64,000 nt of DNA, taken from positions 224,001 through 288,000 of the forward strand of contig OZ242376.1 of assembly GCA_965209085.1 (NCBI GenBank), written 5' to 3'. How positions within the stretch are numbered: the stretch's first letter is position 1; each line of letters starts with the position of its first letter. The position numbers were made by a program, and so were the translations under genes. Positions 57,766 to 64,000 of the stretch are shown piece after piece. The DNA comes from Nitrosopumilaceae archaeon. Lineage in GTDB: Archaea; Thermoproteota; Nitrososphaeria; Nitrososphaerales; Nitrosopumilaceae. The notes under the pieces are model-generated. The model saw only the letters and a program-made list of their open reading frames with translations. It ran no database searches and was not told the DNA's origin.

Positions 57766-58149
57766 CTAGAGAGATACGAGCTTTACCGTATCCATCTTTC
57801 TGTTGGTCAGAAAACCCCTGGTAACTGCCTCTATTTTTTTTGATTCTCCATCTAGCAGGAATATTTCAACGCATCTTTTACCGTCAATTTTGCTGTGAAG
57901 ATGGGTTTTAATCAAATCCTCATAATCGTGTTTTATTCCGGCTACCTGATCGTCAAATTCATCGGCATGAACCACCGTAAGCAGGGCGTTTCTTTTCCCC
58001 TTTACGTCCAGTTTTTCTTTTTCTTCCTGTAAAAAATTCCGTATTCCGGTTCTAATGATCTCAGATCTGCCGGTGAATCCAAGTGTTTTTCGCATATTAT
58101 CCAATTCTTTCATCATCGTATCATTCAAAGAGATTGAAATTATTCCCAT
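57766..58149 (-). CDS. NikR/CopG-family ribbon-helix-helix metalloregulator
   Basis: IISISL...RSEIIR and THLHSK...CVEIF motifs. Confidence 0.85.
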   Translation of the reverse strand: MGIISISLNDTMMKELDNMRKTLGFTGRSEIIRTGIRNFLQEEKEKLDVKGKRNALLTVVHADEFDDQVAGIKHDYEDLIKTHLHSKIDGKRCVEIFLLDGESKKIEAVTRGFLTNRKMDTVKLVSL

Positions 58150-58293
58150 GTCTGATCTACAGTTAAATTATATATAAAATTATGTTAAGGTTTAACAATT
58201 TAAATACGTGATATGATTATTTTATATTAAAAATATGTGTATTTTATATGAATATTGTTAAATTTATATGATTTATTAATAATATTTTATTTC

Positions 58294-59238
58294 ATGGGTG
58301 CTAGATTGTCTGTCTTAACCGGAATTGTGGCCGTTCTTGTAATGTTAGGGGTTGCTGCATATTCTTGGACAACTGAGGAGACCGTACTAGCAAAGGAAAA
58401 TACCGGCAAACTTCGAATTTATGCTTCTTTTTTCCCATATTATGAATTTACAAAAAACATAGCTGGTGAGAAAGCCGAGGTTGTGCAATTTATTCCGTTT
58501 GGCTCGCAAACTCATGAATGGACTCCGAGTACAAAAAAAATTCTATCATTGGCAGAAACTGATGTTTTTGTTTACAACGGTTTGGGCGTGGAACCGTATG
58601 TGCAGGAGATAATTGATTCTAATGAATTTAATAATATTGTATTCGTTAAAGCTTCTGATGAAATAGATTTGATCAAAATAAACGACAAACATGATCATGA
58701 TGATGATTTTAAATTTGATCCTCACATATGGCTGGATCCAATTTTGGTTAAAACCCAGATAAACAACATTGTTGATGGTATAATTTTAGTGGATCCTGAA
58801 AATGCACAATATTATGAAAAAAATGCCATGGCATATAATGTACAGCTTGACGAGTTGGATGAAAAAATAAAATTAGCACTCTCATCATGCAAAAAAGATA
58901 CAATCATAACATATCATGACGCTTTTGCATATTTTGCCGAAAGATACGGATTAAAAGTAAAATCATTGGGCGGATTGGATCATGAACACGAGTTTACATC
59001 TTCTAAAATATCCGAATTTATAAAATATGCAAAAGAGAGTGGTATTGATGTGATCTTTGCCGAAGATTTGGCAGACTCAAGACTAGCTGATGTAATTGCA
59101 GCAGAGATGAATGGACGGGTTTTGTTCTTTAGTTCACTTGAAACAATAACCGACAAGGATACAAACGACGGTGTTACATTCGTGGATAAAATGGAGGATA
59201 ATCTAGCAGTATTGGAGGATGCATTACAATGTCGTTAA
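58294..59238 (+). CDS. znuA: Zn/Mn ABC transporter substrate-binding protein
   Basis: HEWTPS, YNGLG.E, His-rich loop, DPHIWLDP and HDAFAYF motifs. Confidence 0.85.
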   Translation: MGARLSVLTGIVAVLVMLGVAAYSWTTEETVLAKENTGKLRIYASFFPYYEFTKNIAGEKAEVVQFIPFGSQTHEWTPSTKKILSLAETDVFVYNGLGVEPYVQEIIDSNEFNNIVFVKASDEIDLIKINDKHDHDDDFKFDPHIWLDPILVKTQINNIVDGIILVDPENAQYYEKNAMAYNVQLDELDEKIKLALSSCKKDTIITYHDAFAYFAERYGLKVKSLGGLDHEHEFTSSKISEFIKYAKESGIDVIFAEDLADSRLADVIAAEMNGRVLFFSSLETITDKDTNDGVTFVDKMEDNLAVLEDALQCR

Positions 59239-60038
59239 ATTACGTACTAGACGTGCAAAATCTTACGGTTAGATACCGCAACCATGTGGCCGTAGACGAT
59301 ATCAGCTTTAATGTGGAAAAAGGGGATCTGTTAGGCATAGTGGGACCCAATGGAGCGGGTAAAACGACTCTTTTCCGAGCGATTCTTGGATTGCAGCAGT
59401 ATCGTGCTGGAAAGATCAAACTGTTTGGATACGGATCTGAAGAATCTGCCTCGTTAATATCCATGATTGGATATGTTCCGCAAAAAATTTCATTTGACAG
59501 GAATTTTCCCGCAACAGTTTTTGATGTAGTTTCTATGGGGATGATCTCTGAACATAAAATTGCAAAATGTGCACGTATGGTAAAAAAATCTGGATTTGAT
59601 TGGACGAGAATCTATAATCTGATCAACAGAGACGAGGACAAAGTATACGAGGCGTTGAAGACTGTCGGGATGGATGACCTTCGGGATAGAAGAATCGGCG
59701 ATCTGTCCGAAGGGGAGATGCAGCGAATATTTATCGCAAAATCTTTGGTAAAAGATCCACTGTTGCTGATTTTGGATGAGCCTGTAACTAGCGTGGACAT
59801 GGAATCTCAGAATAAATTCTATAATGTCATTACAAAAATAAACCGGGAAAACAAAGTTACAATAGTGTGGTCTTCACACGATCTTGATGCACTTGAAAAA
59901 TACGCCACCAAAGTTGCATGTATGAATTGCAAGCTGTTCTTCCACGATGAAAAAGAGAAATTCTTTAGCGATGAGCAGGCTATGAAAAAATATACGGAGT
60001 CGACCATGCAAATGCATATGCATGATCACATGCACTAG
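59229..60038 (+). CDS. znuC: Zn/Mn ABC transporter ATPase
   Basis: GPNGAGKTT, YVPQ, LSEGE, LDEP and SHD motifs. Confidence 0.85.
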   Translation: MSLNYVLDVQNLTVRYRNHVAVDDISFNVEKGDLLGIVGPNGAGKTTLFRAILGLQQYRAGKIKLFGYGSEESASLISMIGYVPQKISFDRNFPATVFDVVSMGMISEHKIAKCARMVKKSGFDWTRIYNLINRDEDKVYEALKTVGMDDLRDRRIGDLSEGEMQRIFIAKSLVKDPLLLILDEPVTSVDMESQNKFYNVITKINRENKVTIVWSSHDLDALEKYATKVACMNCKLFFHDEKEKFFSDEQAMKKYTESTMQMHMHDHMH

Positions 60039-60047
60039 GTGTAATTC

Positions 60048-60884
60048 TTGGTTTTTGAAATTCTTGCCTATGGGTTTATGCAAAAAGCACTTGTTGCGGG
60101 AATTGCAACCGCGGTGGTGTGCTCTTTTATGGGCACATTTTTGGTATTGAGGCGATATGCACTTTTTGGCGACGGTATATCACATGTGGCGTTTGGAGGG
60201 ATCTCCCTGGGACTGTTTCTGGGGATATTTCCCATATGGACCGCATTTTTAGTCTCAATATTGGGCGGTATTGGACTGCAAAAATTACGATCTAGCGCTA
60301 AAATATCCGGTGATGCGGCAGTTGTGGTCATGCTAACATCCGGTCTAGCAGTAGGGGTGATGCTGACTAGTCTGTCTGGAGGATTTTCTGTAGATTTGTT
60401 TAGTTTTCTGTTTGGTAACATATTGCTTGTTGGCACAAATGATGTACTGATGATAGTGGTAATTGCCACTGCAATAACTGCCATACTGATATTGTATCAA
60501 AAACAGTTTTTGCATCTTACCTTTAATGAAGAGCAGGCAAAAATTGCCGGACTCAATGTGACGCTGTTAAATTATGTATTTGTGATTCTTGCTGCAATAA
60601 CCGTGGTGGTCTCTATGCGGCTTGTGGGAATTCTTTTGATCTCAGCACTTATCGTAATTCCAAATATTTCTGCAATGATGTTCGGTAAGGGATTCAAAAA
60701 AACGGTTGGAATATCCGTATCAATGTCCGTATTTTCTGTAATATCTGGAATAATTGTATCCCATTATTTTGATCTTGCCCCATCTGGAACCATAGTGATG
60801 ATTGCAGTGGCATTATTGCTGATTACTATGCTTTTTCGCTCGTTAGGATTGATATCCAAAGTGCCGGTTAAAACCAATACATGA
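60048..60884 (+). CDS. znuB: Zn/Mn ABC transporter permease
   Basis: GDGISHVAFGG, FLFGNIL and VGILLISAL motifs. Confidence 0.85.
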   Translation: MVFEILAYGFMQKALVAGIATAVVCSFMGTFLVLRRYALFGDGISHVAFGGISLGLFLGIFPIWTAFLVSILGGIGLQKLRSSAKISGDAAVVVMLTSGLAVGVMLTSLSGGFSVDLFSFLFGNILLVGTNDVLMIVVIATAITAILILYQKQFLHLTFNEEQAKIAGLNVTLLNYVFVILAAITVVVSMRLVGILLISALIVIPNISAMMFGKGFKKTVGISVSMSVFSVISGIIVSHYFDLAPSGTIVMIAVALLLITMLFRSLGLISKVPVKTNT

Positions 60885-61029
60885 TTATACAATCTAGAAC
60901 CTGTAAAAACTCAGGAACATCATACATTTGCAGTAAACGGTAAACCATACAACGTTAATTTGAATATAAACGCAGGTAAGAGCGATACGATTTCATTTGT
61001 AGTCCGTGAGTCTAGAATTTTCTAGCATA

Positions 61030-61353
61030 TAGCCACACGCCAAAGTTCATGAGCTAAATTCATCGAACCGAAAAGTATTTGGATCTCCAAATTATTACAA
61101 TACCCCTGAACAAATTTACCGGGTAGTTAACACGTTGCATAACGTTCTCGAATTGGAGCAGCTTGCGCTGTATCTCTCCGTGCAAACGTTCAAGCTTCCG
61201 TTGGTCTACGTATGATTTACGCGTGCCAAAACGTGCTTTATGTCCAGTTCCACAAGTTTTTTCTCAAATTTAGAGATGCTTTTTTTTACCTCTAATGTAT
61301 TTGCATAAAATTGTGCCCCATGATCCGTCATTACGGATGCGGGGTTGCCATAA
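61030..61353 (-). mobile_element. IS481-like transposase remnant with one terminal repeat
   Basis: Frameshifted, stop-containing fragments GNPASVMTDHGAQFYAN, KHVLARVNHT*TNG and LERLHGEIQRKL; repeat TAGCCACACGCCAAAGTTCATGAGC at 61030. Confidence 0.75.
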
Positions 61354-61488
61354 TAGAGTGCGCAATATTGTTATATAAAATTAAAACCCTGAAGCAATTT
61401 ACTGTGAGTAAATCTGAATTAACTGAATGTAAACATGGATAAATATTCATGAATTATGTTGATGTTAATACGTGTGATGTAAACATTA

Positions 61489-63999
61489 TTACGGATTTAA
61501 TTCCTCATCAAAACCTCTAAATCTATCAATAGCTCTCTCAGTATCTTGTATATATTCTGACAACCATTTTTGGACATTTATGTTTGATTCTTTTTTATAT
61601 AATTCTTCAAGTTTCTGTTTTTTATTTTCATGATGCGTTGCGCCAGATCCTGTCCAAGATTCATTATTAAAATTTATAATAATATATCGTCCAACATTTT
61701 CAATTTTTGAATATTTTGCAAGTATTTTACGTGCAATATTGAAATCATGAGGTATTAAATTTGCGATTATCGGTGCTCTTTTGTTTGGAGATTCATCAAT
61801 CCAAGACATTACATCGTCGATAGGAAATTTATCAAATATAGATTTTTTGTCATGTCCATCTCCCCGCATCCAAAGTGTCATGGTCACCGTGTGTTTTGTT
61901 CTTGGATCTAGATATGATGAGACAAGTTCCCATACTTTAGAGGGATGTTTTGATATTATGTCATTTAATATTTCCAAACATTGTGTATTACCAATTGCAG
62001 AAAATATTGAATTTCCTGAAAAATTATCAAAAATATGTTTTGCCAGCGGCATGAGCATACTAGGATATACTTTGATAAATTTATCTGCAATATTCTTCCA
62101 ATAATACTCCAGCATTACATCATGATAAGTATCAGATATGTGTTCGCTTGTTAATAAATTAAATATTAAATCATCGGATATCAGATTCCAATTAAAATTA
62201 TAATCTAATTGCTTATCAAGTAAATTAATTGCTAGAATAACAGAATCTCTTGTATTGGATTTAATGATCTTTTCAAGCCATTTCACAAATATAGAATCAG
62301 ATAATTTACCAAATCTACCATATTGAAAATATTCAAAAATAGTATAATCCATACTTGGTTTATCTAGTATCAATAATAACATTTTGGCAGATTTATCATT
62401 AATTCCACTTCTCCATATTAATTCTGGTATTAGTTTATACAATACAGAATCAGAAAAAATTAAATCAAGAGTTTGATCATACATTTTAATATTGTTTTCA
62501 TATAATACTCGCATATACCCACCAAGAAAATGGCATGTGTTTAGTTTTGGATCATATTGCACGTTGCGATATGATTGTAGTATGTTTGGTAATAATTGAA
62601 ATTTTTTATCATGGTTACCTAATTCATATCCAAAATATTGTCCATTTTTTGCATTTTTACCAATTAACCATGGCAATTCATTTTTAATTAATTCATAATT
62701 TTTGGAGTCATCGATCAGTTTACAAAATCGTTTCTTGAATAACGAATCATGATTTTCATCAATTTTGTCTACAAGTAAATCCATTCCAACATATCTATGC
62801 AATTTCGAAACATAGTCAACACCAATAATATCATTATTTAACAAATTCTTTAATTTTAATTTCATATCTTTTGAAATATGATCGTTATATTTCAATTCTT
62901 TAGATATGGAATCAACTAGCGATTCTTTGTTAGCATAATTATTGGCATTTAATGATCTTAGGATTGAAAAAAATATTAGCACTGTTTTGGAATTTACAAG
63001 CATGTTTCTTGCACTGGTAAATACAACTTTAACAATTTCACTTCTTACATCATTGTTACATTTTGGTAATAATGATCTCATAAATATCAAAATTGCAATC
63101 CTGTAATCGTCTATTTCATTACCATTTGCAGGGATCCATACTTTCACATTATCATCCAATTCTCCGTATTCGTGAACATTTACTATGCCTAGAGGTTCAT
63201 GCAATCCAGCTCCACACGCATTGATCATAATTATCCGTCTTGTAGTAGAAGAGTTGGCAAATTCTTCCTGTAATATTTTAAAACGTTCGATTGGAGCTAA
63301 TTCTGTGGGTGCGGTATTATGACCGTACACAATACTGAACAAGCCCATAAATGATCCAGTTGCGTTATTCGCATACGTTGAATTTTCGGTTTCTGCCAAA
63401 GTTAGTAATAATTTCATTGCTTGAGAAAAATATTCTTTTTTCATAACAATTTTATTTAACGCAAAAACTATTTCAGTTCTTCCAGTTTTATAATTTAATA
63501 ATTTTTCATGAGACATTTTAGAAAAAAAACGTTCTAAAAAAGATAATGAATCATTCGGATGTATCACTGCTATTACTAAAAAAAAATTTTGTATTATTGT
63601 ATTTTTATCTGTATTCATATATTTTTCAAATAATCCACCCTCCGCAAGTAATTTTTTTACTCTTGATTGTGCCACTAGATTCTTTTTTGCATATCTAAAC
63701 ATATCAAAATACCACGTTATAAAAATATGAGTTGTACTATCAATTTCATTATTTTCATTTTTTAATATGAGATTATCTAGATCAATGGCCACTGCATTTC
63801 CAAATTTTTCCCACAATTTAACCCATAATTTAACATGTAATATTTTTGGAGTGATGTATAATATTATTTTACCTTGTAAAACTTTCATATGCATCAACGT
63901 ATCTACATTTTCGTTAAAGTCTCCCAGAGAGATGTTATCGTATGTTTTTGCTAATTTTGCAATATATTTAATATGTTGACTATATACATCTCTATATCC
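61489..63999 (-). CDS. Large AT-rich helical protein, 5'-partial (>836 aa), possibly the C-terminal part of a STAND-like/defence ATPase
   Basis: The frame stays open to the window edge (GYRDVYSQHIK...). It is alpha-helical and ends ESWTGS...NVQKWLSEYI. No catalytic motif is visible within the window. Confidence 0.7.
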   Translation of the reverse strand, partial: GYRDVYSQHIKYIAKLAKTYDNISLGDFNENVDTLMHMKVLQGKIILYITPKILHVKLWVKLWEKFGNAVAIDLDNLILKNENNEIDSTTHIFITWYFDMFRYAKKNLVAQSRVKKLLAEGGLFEKYMNTDKNTIIQNFFLVIAVIHPNDSLSFLERFFSKMSHEKLLNYKTGRTEIVFALNKIVMKKEYFSQAMKLLLTLAETENSTYANNATGSFMGLFSIVYGHNTAPTELAPIERFKILQEEFANSSTTRRIIMINACGAGLHEPLGIVNVHEYGELDDNVKVWIPANGNEIDDYRIAILIFMRSLLPKCNNDVRSEIVKVVFTSARNMLVNSKTVLIFFSILRSLNANNYANKESLVDSISKELKYNDHISKDMKLKLKNLLNNDIIGVDYVSKLHRYVGMDLLVDKIDENHDSLFKKRFCKLIDDSKNYELIKNELPWLIGKNAKNGQYFGYELGNHDKKFQLLPNILQSYRNVQYDPKLNTCHFLGGYMRVLYENNIKMYDQTLDLIFSDSVLYKLIPELIWRSGINDKSAKMLLLILDKPSMDYTIFEYFQYGRFGKLSDSIFVKWLEKIIKSNTRDSVILAINLLDKQLDYNFNWNLISDDLIFNLLTSEHISDTYHDVMLEYYWKNIADKFIKVYPSMLMPLAKHIFDNFSGNSIFSAIGNTQCLEILNDIISKHPSKVWELVSSYLDPRTKHTVTMTLWMRGDGHDKKSIFDKFPIDDVMSWIDESPNKRAPIIANLIPHDFNIARKILAKYSKIENVGRYIIINFNNESWTGSGATHHENKKQKLEELYKKESNINVQKWLSEYIQDTERAIDRFRGFDEELNP

Positions 64000-64000
64000 A

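Noticed and set aside
57752-57770. CTATGCATAAAACCT, resembling the IS5 TIR
   Set aside because: A single degenerate half-site overlapping a stop codon, with no partner repeat or TSD.

Overview
Archaeal chromosome segment from an ammonia-oxidising thaumarchaeote (Nitrosopumilaceae-like). The evidence is the 3HP/4HB carbon-fixation genes, archaeal ribosomal proteins, MCM/GINS/RFC, Alba, Hel308 and sdhACDB. A secreted serpin and a high IS load suggest a host-associated lineage such as a sponge symbiont (inference). Core genes are interrupted by AT-rich accessory islets (UDG-like, TGT-fold-like, RNase J-like, TIR-domain, TA fragments, a large partial ORF) and a rich mobilome: four IS5/ISL2-type copies (one splitting a thioredoxin gene, two in tandem), their ~77-bp MITEs, IS66 and IS481 remnants, and one IS110/IS1111 element. 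The top finding is that the IS110 element sits inside the terminal inverted repeat (TIR) of an IS5-derived MITE. Its 3' non-coding region can be folded by eye into a two-loop bridge RNA, with target guides that spell the IS5 TIR (TTAGACTTT + TGCATAA) and donor guides that spell its own circle junction. This looks like an RNA-guided archaeal recombinase aimed at another transposon family's ends. Two core genes (rpiA, rpl24e) also appear to start at ACG. All calls are by-eye motif recognition; no database searches were run.
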